This document shows positions 51,201-63,227 of a stretch of DNA of 64,000 bases, piece after piece. A program made the position numbers and the translations under genes. This DNA is from Schmidtea polychroa (Eukaryota). How positions within the stretch are numbered: position 1 is the stretch's first letter; the number at the start of each line of letters is the position of its first letter. Under the pieces are notes generated by a model. The model saw nothing but the letters and a program-made list of their open reading frames with translations, did not search any database and was not told where the DNA came from. Location of the stretch: NCBI GenBank assembly GCA_044892525.1, contig CM097888.1, positions 52,142,001-52,206,000 of the forward strand, in the 5' to 3' direction.

Positions 51201-54200
51201 AAGAGTGATAAATTCATAAAAAGTGGTAAATTTTTATCATATTTTTTAACCCTCTCCGTGTAAAAAATAATGCTGATATTTATAGTGACCCGTTCTATTC
51301 CCACAAAAACGGTTACAAAATGTGCCTTCAGCTTCATCCCGATGGATTCAAAGCTGGAAAAGGGATACATCTTTCTGTTTTCTTTTTCATAATGCGCGGT
51401 GAAAACGATGTACTTTTGCAATGGCCTATGAAACTGGAAGTGACATCTTGCTTTAATGTAGAATATATTCGACAAATATACGGAGAGGGTTAATTCATTA
51501 CTGTAAGTGTGATTAAATATTTGTAAATTTATTAGTGAAAATATAATTATGAGTAAATAAATATTCATTTTGCTTTGTTAAAACTTTTATTAATTTAAAC
51601 ACTAATTAAAAATAAAATAATAAAAATTCTTAATAAATATTCAATTTTAATTCAATTTTAATTTATTAAGAATTTTTATTATTGTATTTTTAATTAGTGT
51701 TTAAATTAATAAAAGTTTTAACAAAGCAAAATGTCAGGAAATAAACCCAGTGGATTTCAACGTCATAAAAGACAAAAAGTTTTGGAGGGAGAGGCAAGAA
51801 AATCAAGTCAACTGATGAAAAGTTTTCTTAAAAAGACTAATTTGAATGATAATAATAATTTTAATGCAATTCAAAATGAATCAGATGATGAAATGCTTGA
51901 TATTGATGAAACTCATAGTTTTGAAAACGATTCTGACATGAAAAGTGAAAAAGATAGTGATATAAATAGTATGAAAGATATTGAGATTGAAAGTTCAAAT
52001 TCTCAAAATATTGATATACCCAACGTATTAAAACATGATATGGGATTTATTGATTTTGATTCAATTCAGCCAAAAATCTCTCACAATGTTTTCAAAGAAA
52101 TTGTATCGCGTCGTTCAGCATTATTTCAAAATTCCAATTCTGAATTGGATGTAAGTGGTGGACGATCTATGAATGCTGCATGGTTTAAGCAAATTTTAGC
52201 TAATGGAACTGAAGTAAATCGAACTTGGCTTGTCTATTCTCCTCATAAAAAAGCAGCTTTTTGTTTTTGCTGTGTATTATTTTATAACTCCAATTGCAAA
52301 TCGTCATTTTCACCACCAAATGGTTTTAACAGCTGGAGACACACTGAGAGAGTTCAAGATAATGAAAATAGTGCAGTACATCGTAAGTTATTTTCAATTT
52401 GGAAGGAAACTGAACGAAGCTTAAATGAATGTGTTGGAATTGATGTGAGGAGAGAACGATGGAGAGATATATTAAAACGCTTTTTATCGTGCATTAAATA
52501 TCTGGCATTTCAAAATTTAGGATTACGAGGGCATATTGAAAAATTAAATGATGCAAACATGCATAATAAAGGAAATTTTTTGAGTCTGGTTGAATTATTG
52601 TCTCTCTATGATTCAGTTTTATGATCGCATTTAGAGAATTGTCGCAAGAATCTTGGATCTCCATCTTATTTATCACCAGCTATTCAAAATGAATTTATTT
52701 CATTACTTGCAACGACAGTGAAGAATGATTTGCTCAACAATATTAGAAAAAATAAATATTTTGGGATGCTCTATGATTCCACTCCTGATTTACAACATCG
52801 TGAACAATTAGCAAAAGTAATTCGTTATGTCGACATTGATTTTGAAAATAAAAATGTTGAAATTAAGGAAACATTTCTTGGATTTATAGAACTAAAAGCA
52901 AAAGATGCTGAAATACTTGAAATGACAATTATTAATTCATTAAAATTGGATAATTTAGATATCTCAAATTGTCGTTCTCAATGCTACGATAACGCAGCAG
53001 TTATGAAAGGGAGTATTTCTGGTCTTCAAAAGAGAATTTGTAATTTGAATCATCGCGCTTTATTTATAAATTGCGACAATCATAGTCTTAATCTGGCTGG
53101 ATTACATTCAGCTGCAACTGATCCAATTGTAATGACATTTTTTGGCTCTATTGAGAAAATGTTTGCTATTTTTTCACGTTCTACTTTACGATGGCAAAAA
53201 TTAAAAGATGCTGTACAATTAACTTTGAAATGTGAAACAACCACAAGATGGAGTGCAAGATCTGAAGTTGTAAAAGTAATTTTTTTGCAACTCAATGAAA
53301 TCATTGATCTTCTTGAAGAACTTTCTGAAGACTCCAATCAAACAACAGAAACAAGAAGCGAAGCGCAAATCATTTTACAAAATTTTTTAAATTTTAATTT
53401 TCTTGGTTTGATTCATTTTTGGCATAATGTTTTGAACAAAATTGATCGAGTTCAAAAAAGATTACAAGATCCGAAAATAATTTTTTGACGCAGCGCTTGA
53501 TTTAGATGGACTTAAAGAAACTTTAATTGAAACGCGTGAAAATTTATGTGCAGCTGCTATAGAATTTGCTCAAGAAAAATGTACAGAATGGGACATTTAA
53601 ATTATAAGAATTCGTCGAGTAAAAAAAAGAATAGGAGAAAAAGCTTCTGATAGTGGTCTAACGGCAATTCAAGAGCTCGATTGTATGTTAAAAAGCATTA
53701 TTGACAAATTAATACAAGAAATGAACAGTCGATTTGAAGCTCTTAACAATTTAAATTCAAAATTTGGATTTTTATTAGATGTTAAAAATCTTTTACGTAA
53801 TGAGAGTGTTGAGGGCTTAATAGAAAGTTTCACATATTTTAGTAACTTCTATAATACTGATGTTAGTGGTGAAGAGTTGTTTAATGACATAGATTGCAGA
53901 ATGCTTTTGATGAGCCGAAAAGATGCACAACCAACAAATTCATTGAATCTTCTAAAATTTATTGTGTCATATGAAGATGATATTTTCCCCAGTTTGAGAA
54001 CGTCTCTTCAAATTCTACTTACAATTGGAATCTCGATTGCCAGTTGTGAACGTTCATTCAGTAAGATTAAATTAATTTTATCTTATTTAAGAGCATTAAT
54101 GGGACAAGATAGGCTGAGTGATCTCGCTTTATTAAGTATAGAACGTAAGGCAACGGAAAAAATTAATTTTGATGAAGTAATTGATAAATTTGCATCAGTA

Positions 54201-57200
54201 AAATCAAGGAAAATTAACTTGTAATATAAATAATATAAATATAATAAAATTTAAAAGAAATTTTTCTTTAATGTATATTTCTCGATATTTTATTTAATTT
54301 TATATGAAGTTATTATGTCTTTCTGATATCTTCAGTAATCACAACCAACTATTAGTATTTTCTTTATTTAAAAAATCTAATTAATTGAGGTTGGGGGCGA
54401 AAATTTTTGACTCGCCCCGGGCGCCACAGACCCTAGTTACGCCACTGGTTATCTTAATTCGAAATAACTCAGGTGTAGTCAATGTTCATAATATCAGTAG
54501 GTAGTTAGTGGCCCCTGAACCAATGACTCCCCCCTCATATTTTTTCAATACAAATAAAGGGCCTATAGAAAAAAGACCAAGATTTCCTGAGCGGGTCTCG
54601 ATGGTCCTGGGATTTTCAATACAAATATAAAAAAAAGCATGGTAATTTAAGGTCTCAGGATATTTTCAATACAAAAAGGGGGTCTCCACTAAAAAAGTAT
54701 GGATATTTTCAAGTACAATTTGGGTGGGTCCTGGGATTATCAATACCAATATCAGTCTACACTAAAAAGCATGGTAGATTAAGGATAAATAGCTAAATTA
54801 TGGGTCTAAAAATTGAATCAAAGTAAATTATGGTCTAAATTTAAAAATAATAGTAAAATATGGGCTAAATTTTTAAATTAAAGTAATCAATGGTCTCAAA
54901 TAAGTAAATTATGGGTCTAAAAATTGAATTATAGTAAAATATGGGCTCAAATTTAAAATTAAAGTAAATTAGGGTTCAAATTGCTAAATTAAGTAATCAA
55001 TGGTCAAAAATTTTAAATTAAAGTAATAATTTTTAAATAAGTAAATTCAAGTAAGATTTTTTAAATTTATTATCAAAAGATTGAATAACCAACATTTTTT
55101 GAGAAATGAAATTTTTTAATGGAAATTTTTCTGAAATAATATTTTAAGATTGTGAGGTGTTTTCAGCTGAGAGTTAAATATTTCAAAAAATTATTAAAAT
55201 AATTTTTAAACTGAAATTTTTAAATTTTTAAATTAAACAAGCTTTTTAACCAGATCATTTAAAAATAAATTTAATTTAAATATCGAAATTTTAATAAATG
55301 GTTTTTTGAAATATTTTATTCAAAGCGGAAAATTTGTTTGGAAATAATACAATATTTCATTAAATAAATACTTGGAATTATGAAATTAACTTTTGAACCG
55401 GATTTAAAAATTAATTTAGAAGATGTTTTAGCAGCTTCTAATATGGCGACCACGTCTATGGATTTTTTCATAAAGAAGCTATTTCCAAACGATTATCATA
55501 GGGGAGATGGTGTCGAAGCATTCATTAAAGAACGCGATAAATATTTTAAAATGGTACAAATGCCGACTTATATACTTATATACTGGAGTTGACCAAAATA
55601 TCAAAGGTTATAAGGAAAGATTGCGGAAGGAATTCGTCAAGAAGAGAAGTTTGGCAGAGGATTTACAATCTGCTATGTCTTATAGACAGACGAGTGAGGA
55701 GCCCGATAAATATTTTACTATCATAGACGAGTTAGGCTATAAAATATTGGGGCATGAGTTAAACATGAAAGTTTAACAGAATATCTGCTGGTACACTGTG
55801 CAGCCAAGAAGACTTTGAAACGAGAATTGTGTCTAAGTGACACCAAAGGAACAACAGAAGTGAAGAAAAAATCAAGAAGTTACATGAATCTCTATCTATG
55901 CAGTTGTTCTTGATTAATGAAAACATTCTTGTCAAATGCTTTCGCAGTAGTTTGTCTGCTGATGGTCTAAGAATTTCAACTATGCAGAGATCTATGCAGC
56001 GAGAGAAAGAAGGCCAGAAAAGAATATAACAAGAAATTACAGAGACGCGGTTATAAATCAAGCAAGAAATATTGTATCACCAAGATATAATAGCGAGCCG
56101 AGAGAGTATCGAGAAGAAAGACCGAACAGAACTAAGAACGAATGTTGGACATGTCACAAGGTAGGATATTTGAGTAGAGATTGCATAACAAAGAAAGCAA
56201 CTACATGTTTTACATGTGGAAGACAAGGACATGTAAGAAGTCAGTGTCCACAGATGCAGAGAAAGGTAGTCGAATGTTATGCGTGTAGTAGCTCGGGACG
56301 TGAGAAGAGATTTTCAAAAAATAAGGTGTATGACGTGTAGCTTGGGAGGCAGATTGTTACATAAATTTGGAGAATGAGATATCGGAGAATCAATGAGAAT
56401 TTTGGAAGACAACAAGAGCGACACGAAGAAGGGCATGGTTATCAAGGAACTAGAAAAGATACAAAACAAGCAGACAAGAAATACGTAGCGTTCATAGACG
56501 AACCAAGTGATGAAAGAATAGAAGATAAATACAGAGAATACCCTAATATCAACGCTCCGATAGAAGGAGATAGTCGGGGCAGTGTATTAAACAGCGATGC
56601 TGACTCCCAAATTATTAATTATTATAATAAAAGTAAAATATCATGTATTATAGAAAAATATGTGAAAGATATAGAGGTAACGGAAGAAGAAAATAATAAG
56701 GAAAATAAAGAATAAAGAAAATAATAAGGAAAGTAAACAGATTCATAATAAAGGATTTTGCAGAAATAGAAAGAGACAAAATACAAATACTCACAGATGA
56801 ATGGAAAAATGATATTATCAGTTATGATAAAATGCAAGGTCCACCAAGTGTAACTATTAGAATACAGGACAAGAATACTGAATGCTTGCTCGATACAGGA
56901 GCTACAATAAATGTCATGAGTTGGAGCAAATTTGAGAAACTTAAAGATGTATAACTAACAACAACGACTGATACATTGAGATGTGCAAATAATAGTGTTT
57001 TAGAAACGAAAGGTAAAGCAATATTAGAAATAGGAATAAATGGCAGGAAAAGAAGGGTAAAGTTTACGATAGTAAGATATATGACTCCAGAGGTAATTGG
57101 TGGTATAGAGTTGCAAAAACAATTTGGTATACAACTAAAGTGGCCAGTAGAAGAGGTCGAGAAAACGAAGTAAGAGCACATATGCAGTATCGAAGCCAAA

Positions 57201-59018
57201 TTTGGGAAGACAAATACGGAGATTGAACGATTTCAAAGAGAAAATAATACTTAAAAGATAAATAACCCGATAAAAACTAGACATTATAAAAAAGAATCAA
57301 AATGGTTTCATGTCTGGTTAATGGGATATTGGCTGCACAAAGCTGTTGAAGCATAAAATAGAAACTCAAGGAAAATCGATAAATATTAAACCTTGGAGAC
57401 AACCAGTCAACTTGGAAGGTAAAATAGATGAAGCGATAAAATCTTATGGGAAAACAATATTATCAAAAAGTGTAATTCGCCATGGAACACTCCATTAATA
57501 TGCGTCTGGAAGAAAGAAAAGCAAGATATCAGATTATGTCATGATTTCAGACAATTAAACCTAGTAACAGAGAGACAGGCGTTCCCTATGGCGAATAAAG
57601 CAGAGATGTTAGTTAAATTGGGTGGAGCAAAGTATTTCAGTTCGATAGATCTTGGAAATCCAGATTATTAAGTAGAACTAGAAGAGGAATCAAGTTAAAA
57701 ACGGCGTCTTTAACCAAATCAGGTCAATACTGTTTAACAGAATGCCATTTGGAATAGCCGCGGCACCAGGAACTGATGGGAAAAGTATTAATGGTGTATT
57801 AATGGTGTACCTAGACGATATTTTGATATTTACAGAAACGATCAATCATCACTACGAAGTTTTAAATGAAGTTGAAGGAAACCCACGTCGTTATTTTAAA
57901 AATATATCATCCTTTGAAATTGATTGGTAATTTACCTACTAAGTATTGAGCAAAAACAGAAATTGCGAAAAATTCCTTCCAATAATATAAAAGCTACACA
58001 CAGCAAAATTTTGAACAAGACTCGAATATAAAAACTCCAAATATATCTCGGAAAATCAAGGTCAACACTCTTTGGACGAAGTAGTGAAACATGATTACTC
58101 ACCCCTATTTTACTGATATATATCCAGATCATCAGCTGAGCATGAAATTTTTGTTCTGTACGAAATTTGATGTCATCTGACACAGAGGAAATGTCAGGTG
58201 TATAAAAATTGTCATTCAAGGAAATGTAGTCTTCTTGTACACTGGTATACTGGGGAGCTCGGGTTCTCATGAAACATTTAATCTCCCGTTCCTTTAAGGC
58301 ACACCACATGGTAACCTCACTTAATCCGTATTTCTTGGCCTCCTGGTGGAGTGAAACACCCTTACGTTTATGGATCCTTCGAACGATTGCTGCTCACTGG
58401 TATTTGGACAAGGTTTTGTTTCTGCCACTTACCAGGTCTCCGCTTGTCATCATTCCTTTCCTGGATGTTACGGAGGATGTCGTAGACAATACCTTCATAG
58501 ACAAAGTGCTGGCCAGTCACAATGTATCTTCCAAAGGTTACAAACGCGTTCATATCAAAGTTTTTCTGCCATGTTGTTTAACTCATAAGCAATACTTTCC
58601 ATAATACTTACCCTACATTTCCATATATAACTACAATAATTAGTTTTCCACTATTTTAGATAAACCCACTTTTTTTCAAGAAAATACGTCAATTAAAATT
58701 AATTAATTTTTAAACTTTCAAAATCAATGTTAAGAAATTTAAATCGACATCCAAACATTGCAAAATTTAAATGCCAAATTAAAATAATGTATCCAGAAGA
58801 TTAAAAGACAAATAAGTGTCAAGTATATAACATTCAATAATAATAAATCTAACCAAATACAATGTAAGGATAATCTGCATTTAATTTGCACCATTTAAAT
58901 AACAAAGGGAAATTAATTTCTTCTAATGAAAGATTATCTTTTACAATAATCTTTTCTTCCTAAGTGAAAAATTAGACTATTTTTTCTCAAATTTCAATAA
59001 ACTAACATCAATTGACAT
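30262..59018 (-). CDS. Dispatched-like 12-TM RND/SSD protein, paralog B (8 coding exons, 933 aa)
   Basis: Exons 59007-59018, 58854-58959, 48870-50440, 36636-36866, 36455-36563, 32665-32876, 31592-31762, 30262-30651 sum to 2802 nt with an open frame. Intron positions and phases are identical to gene A. Confidence 0.88.
31592..31762 (-). CDS. Gene B exon 7
   Basis: MLVGSAIAG...TGWNLG; GTGAGA donor; 171 nt. Confidence 0.88.
32304..32535. mobile_element. piggyBac MITE
   Basis: TTAA|CCCTTTTTTGCC ... GGCAAAAATGGG|TTAA. Confidence 0.85.
32665..32876 (-). CDS. Gene B exon 6
   Basis: GSEIGYSLNL...VCGSQQDISLNGYFHWIHVQE; GTGAGT donor. Confidence 0.85.
33025..33611. mobile_element. Non-autonomous hAT element
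   Basis: TIR CAGTGGTGGGATTCA / TGAATCACACCACTG; TSD GAAATACC/GATATACC. Confidence 0.85.
34870..35620 (-). pseudogene. Possible decayed leucine-rich-repeat gene fragment
   Basis: Frameshifted LRR-like motifs IRELYL..NGI, WLDVD.NKI, VLDLSK, LKSLIVYGN; two GTAAGT donor-like sites. Confidence 0.3.
36455..36866 (-). CDS. Gene B exons 4 (36636-36866) and 5 (36455-36563)
   Basis: KICDTISKAD...DFPYKFE, then a 72-nt intron, then TALYYFLTDGFTFSDY...RY. Confidence 0.85.
37370..37760 (+). pseudogene. RNF126/RNF115-like RING-H2 E3 ligase fragment, intronless and frameshifted
   Basis: DYMFSDQSFDKCVTSIKNQFEQSGPPLANEADIEN, then in a shifted frame LQVKKI...CLSDYEVADEVYELL, matching the RNF126-family pre-RING and RING start. 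Confidence 0.65.
38840..43561 (-). mobile_element. Ty3/Gypsy G3, near full-length (LTRs 38840-39101 and 43296-43561; gag 42223-43296; pol in -1 frame 42289-39087)
   Basis: LTRs differ by about 5 substitutions and a 4-bp indel; PBS TGGCGACCACG; PPT AAATGGAGGGGA; one frameshift (~40030) and one nonsense codon (39405-39407) in integrase. Confidence 0.95.
43562..45573 (+). mobile_element. ZBED-type hAT (BED finger + DDE transposase 43852-45370), lacking its left end and hATC domain
   Basis: CKYC...HLTAKH BED finger, SIDEW, CYNHALHL, CKTRWNS; right end TCCCAATCTCTA at 45573 with subterminal CTCGAGA repeats. Confidence 0.85.
45974..46100 (-). mobile_element. Third, partial G3 LTR (127 bp)
   Basis: Near-identical to the right-hand half of the G3 LTRs; its flank CTACT matches the TTACT flank of the 38840 LTR. 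Confidence 0.9.
48870..50440 (-). CDS. Gene B exon 3
   Basis: Core of ORF 48810-50546; tttcag acceptor at 50441, AAA|GTAATT donor at 48869. Confidence 0.92.
50649..54447 (+). mobile_element. hAT element (ZMYM/DUF4371-type transposase 51731-54224, disrupted) carrying a TRAF fragment
   Basis: 17-bp TIR CAGTGGCGTAACTAGGG; TSD GTTATTTT/GTTATCTT; motifs AFCFCC, YDSTPD, CDNHSLNL, TTRWSAR, SCERSFSKIK. Confidence 0.93.
51222..51493 (+). pseudogene. TRAF/MATH-domain fragment inside the hAT
   Basis: IYSDPFYSHKNGYKMCLQLHPDGFKAGKGIHLSV / (1-nt frameshift) FFIMRGENDVLLQWPMKLEVT. Confidence 0.85.
54590..55050. repeat. Degenerate minisatellite arrays
   Basis: ~55-bp unit (GGTCCTGGGATTTTCAATAC...AAAAAGCATGG) about 4 times, then a ~28-bp unit (AGTAAATTATGGGTCTAAAAATT) about 8-9 times. 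Confidence 0.75.
55150..57890 (+). mobile_element. Ty3/Gypsy G4, decayed, 3'-truncated within RT
   Basis: CTAATA|TGGCGACCACG PBS at 55444; gag knuckles CWTCHKVG, CFTCGRQGHVRSQC; LLDTGA protease; YLDD; LTR start uncertain. Confidence 0.85.
57890..58600 (-). mobile_element. Tc1/mariner-superfamily transposase fragment (maT/rosa-like)
   Basis: EDYISLNDNFY...QKFHAQLMIWIYISKIGVS resembles the DEKYF...KF..K.M.W..IS..G region. Confidence 0.55.
58854..59018 (-). CDS. Gene B exons 1 (59007-59018, MSID) and 2 (58854-58959)
   Basis: GTTAGT donor, 47-nt intron, EEKIIVKDNLSLEEINFPLLFKWCKLNADYPYIVF, phase-1 donor GTTAGA; clear homology to 28287-28458. Confidence 0.78.
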
Positions 59019-59309
59019 AATATGATTAAAATTAATTTATGACATCTTCATTTTCAAATAATTTAAATCGAAATTTATTAGATTTCGAATTATTTTGATA
59101 TAAATTAAAACAAGTTTACATTTGAAATATTTCTTAATTGTTCACTGAGTGAAATCTTGTTTTTGACTATTATGTCGTTAAATCTAACTAAATTATTGAA
59201 AGGAATTATTAAATAAAAAATATATTTTAATTTAAAAAGGGGATTTGTTTGAACTTTATCGTTTTATTTTACTCTTGAATTTATTCGTAATTTTAGCAAT
59301 TGTACTCTA

Positions 59310-62300
59310 CAGGGCCGCCACGTGGGTAAGAGGCGCCTTTGTGCCAGATTTTTTTCAGTGCCCTTCCCTGAACTGAACCCCATGTCAAAAACTATGACTT
59401 GTTATGAATTTAATCATTAGAATATTTCCAATGAATACTTTTATTTTAAAAAATAATTACAGCTTATATAATACGATAATATACAGGCATGGGTTATATA
59501 CATACAATATATAATACTAAATCTAAGCAATCAATAAAATTTGCTTGTCTCAAACATATATTAGGAATTAGATTACTTTATAATTATTCATCACTCAAAA
59601 ATCAAAATACTTTTAACATATTTATTCTTCTAGCTTTAGCAGCTACAAAGTTTTTTATGAGATCGTTAATATCTATGGAATCCAAAATATCGCTTTTTAT
59701 AGATATTATGGATAGGTCCGTTAATCGTTCTTCTTTCATGGTAGACCGTAAATAGTTTTTAATTAGTTTTAACTTAGAGAAACTTCTTTCTCCAGAATCA
59801 ACAGACACAGGTAATGTTAAAAAAATGCGTAATACAATAGTTATATTCGGGAAGATCTCATTTAATGTATTTTTATAAATGTAATTTAAAACCTCGTGAG
59901 GAGACAAGTCAGATTTTATAAAAAATCGAATGGTTTTTAATTCTTCGTTTAGAGCTATACCATCAATATCTTCATCGTTTAAGTTTGCACCGTCGGTTAA
60001 TTTTATATGCAAATCTTTGCAGTGTTTCAATAAATCCTCATTATCCCATTGTTTTAGTTGGTTGATGTTGTGTATTATTTTTAAATCTTCGTTGTGTTGT
60101 TGCAATTGTTGAAATCGTTCTGAAATTGACGATATAGTGGTGCCCAGAATCGCGAAGTAGAAGTTAATTTTAAAATCATGTTTTGCATCCTTCACTGTAT
60201 CATCTGATGCTTCCTTTCTTTTCGTTTTCGAGTTTCAGGGAAATCAGGCTCAATATCAAGTTCTCTAGCTTTAGCCATTGCAGACGTCATAAGTTCTTCA
60301 AATTTATCATCAATTCTAAGACTTTTTAAGTTGTTCAAAATTGAATTAAGATTTTCTGTTACTAATTGTAAATCGAATGTGAGCTTTTGCATTATTTTGC
60401 TGACAATATTGACAAGATTCAATATATCATACCAAATTTAGACGGAACACAAAAATTAAAAAGAACAAATTTTGAAATTATATAATTTACTTGAGCTCTA
60501 GAATCCATGTCTTTTGTGTGGTCATTAGTGATATCTAATAGAGCTTGATAAATTTCTGACATATACATTTTCAGAGGTTTCAGGGCTTCTATCCGACTTT
60601 CCAATCTAGTTGCAGAAAGTGGTTTTAGGGTTAAGTTTTTAATGTATTTTTTAATACATTCCACCGTTTCACACTAATTGAAAAATAATTATATAGTTCT
60701 TGAATCACACTAAAAAAATTTACCGTCTCAAATGAAATTTTAACTGCATCGTTCATTACCAAATTTAATGAATGGGCAGCGCATGGAACGAAAGAAGCTC
60801 GTGAATTTATTTCAAGAATTTTTTGTTGAAGTCCATTATGCCTCCCACGCATATTAGCTCCGTTATCGTACGGCTGTCCGCGTAAATCTGATATATTAAT
60901 GTTCACTAATTTCAAATGGTTAATGATGAACTCGAATAAACCTACACCGGTTGTGTCAGTTACACTTTGGAATCCTAAAAAATGCTCACGAATTTCTGCA
61001 ACATTTATCGGTTTATTGTGATAAACAAATCTTATGACAATGGTTAACTGCTCAGTATCGCTTATGTCTGGTGTTGTATCAAGAATGATTGAATAATATT
61101 TTGAAGAGTGGAGCATTTCTAAAATCTTTTTCTTAATAGCATCACTTATAATGCTAATTATTTCATTTTGAATCTGATCACCTAAATAATGACTAATATT
61201 CTTTTTCTCAAACGTTTGAACGCGATGTAAATGTTCAGACATTATTGGATCGAATTTAGCTATGGTTTCTATTAATTTAAAAAAGTTTCCGTTGTCGTTT
61301 TGAAAAAGATCTTTAGATGAACCTCAAAATGCCAAGCATTGTCTTGATAAATACTGTATTATATGAATAATTCGTTCCACGACCGATCGCCAATATTTTT
61401 TTTAGTGACATTCTCAATTCGCTATATTTTGAACTGTCTTTTATGTGCCCAACACTAGTTTCGTGAACTTTTAATATGTGGCTTAAGTGTTGCAAATCAT
61501 TACAACCACTAGTAAGTTGTGTAGAATTGTCAGACATTAATTTGCAAAAGTAACAAAATACTGCATTTTGAGTTTTCGAATAAAGCAAATAACTCCTGAA
61601 AATTTTTTCCCCGTTTGATAAAGTTCGATAATAATAATTATCAGAAAATTTACGCCCAGACTCATTTTTTTGGGAAGTCTTTCAAAATTAATTGCTTAGG
61701 ATCATTTTCTATTAAACAATCTCTTAATTTTATATTAATTTGTTTTGGCCAAGTAGCCGGATCGTTAAAATCAATTTTTTCAGAATCGGAATCGGTTTTA
61801 TTACTTTCTTTCGATTCGTTTTCTATTGTAGAGTTTGTGGATACACCAGAAGAACTTTGTGTTTCAAGATTCAGGTCTTGATTTTCTTCCGTTGCAGTCG
61901 TAGTAGGATTAATAGTTTTAATAGTGAATTTATCTAAAGAACCTGATAGCTTTTGTCGAGCGTCTTCTCGCTGAAGTCTATTTTTCTTATTTTGCGCGCC
62001 TGATAATTTTGATTTTTTTCCGATTCCAGACATTTAAGGATTTTAAGTTAAAATTTATTATACATTGTAATTATTTAATATTGTTATTTAATATATAATA
62101 AGTTATTTAATATTGTAAATTATACTTAGGTTGAAATTTTATAATGAATGCCTGATGAAAAAAAATAAATATTTGATTTACGCAGAAGACAAATGCAGTG
62201 GTGGTCTTGACTAGACGTAAATTTGCGTAAACTTGACTAAACGTAAACTTGACTAGACGTAAATGTGAAATGCCGCGCGTCGCGGTGACGCCTTTATCGA

Positions 62301-62581
62301 ACGAAGTTTGAGCGATCTACACCGATCGCATCGCACGAAGTCACGAGCACGCTTTCATAGCGTGGTAGAATAAGGTATACGTTGCGCCCGCGTTTCCAGT
62401 ATCTCTCTAATAAATCCATATTTGTCACTTTTTCTTTTTTATCATTTAATTTTTTTATATTTAATTTTAATGTTTTTTATTCAGTGAGGTTGCGCCGAGT
62501 GAAAGAAGCGCCTGCCGGCGCCTTTTTCACTCGGCGCCCTTGTGCGGGGCACAATATGAACAATCGTACGCGGTGGCCCTG
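59310..62581 (-). mobile_element. hAT element (ZMYM/DUF4371-type transposase 62033-59602, disrupted)
   Basis: TIR CAGGGCC(G/A)CC(A/G)CGT; perfect 8-bp TSD GTACTCTA; motifs VFCYFC, ILDTTPD, CAAHSLNL, SGERSFSKLKLIKNYLRSTM; subterminal AACTTGACTAGACGTAAA repeats at ~62205-62265. Confidence 0.93.
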
Positions 62582-63227
62582 GTACTCTATAAATAAATTC
62601 TTTTGAGTTCATCCTAGTAAATGACTCCATCCTAAATATTCATTTTTTGCCAAATATAGAAAATCGTGATAGTTGCTGTGAAGTTGAGAAAGTATTTGTA
62701 TATAACGTTGTTATACTATTTTTTGTTATACTATATTTTTATAGTATACTATTTTGTTATACTATATTTTTTTTATTTTCTAATACGGATTGTAGTTTTA
62801 ATAGTCGCGTGTTGCGTGTAAAAAAATTCTAAAAAAAACTAAAAAAAAACTATCGCGATAATTTACTAACTTCAATCTACTAGTCGATTATAATGTTGTG
62901 TACTTAGTGGTGTGTCAATTTAAAGTTTAAATACGTTAGGGATAATCATAAGTATTCACTCGACTCTTTCCTAAGCACCTTCATGACTATTGTACTTTAA
63001 ACCATTTGTGTACCCATGGTGACGATAATGTTGGTACTGTACACAAAGGCGAAAAAACAATGAGCAGGTGAGCTCTATTGCCAAAACTACTCCCGATTGT
63101 ATTTTCTCTTCGAGTTCTAGACGCCCGATAGAAGGTCTTACGTCATTATTCACTATGTATACTGTTTTTAGATTAGTTGTGGTCCTCAATTACGGGTATT
63201 TCCAACTGTTCTCTTCTAAAATTTTGC

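Noticed and set aside
54590-55050. CRISPR-like array
   Set aside because: The units are degenerate with no unique spacers, the context is eukaryotic and there are no cas genes.
62971-63189. ORF with LAIELTC, resembling a restriction-like endonuclease of non-LTR elements
   Set aside because: It is a single short motif, the preceding PD residue is absent and there is no adjacent RT.
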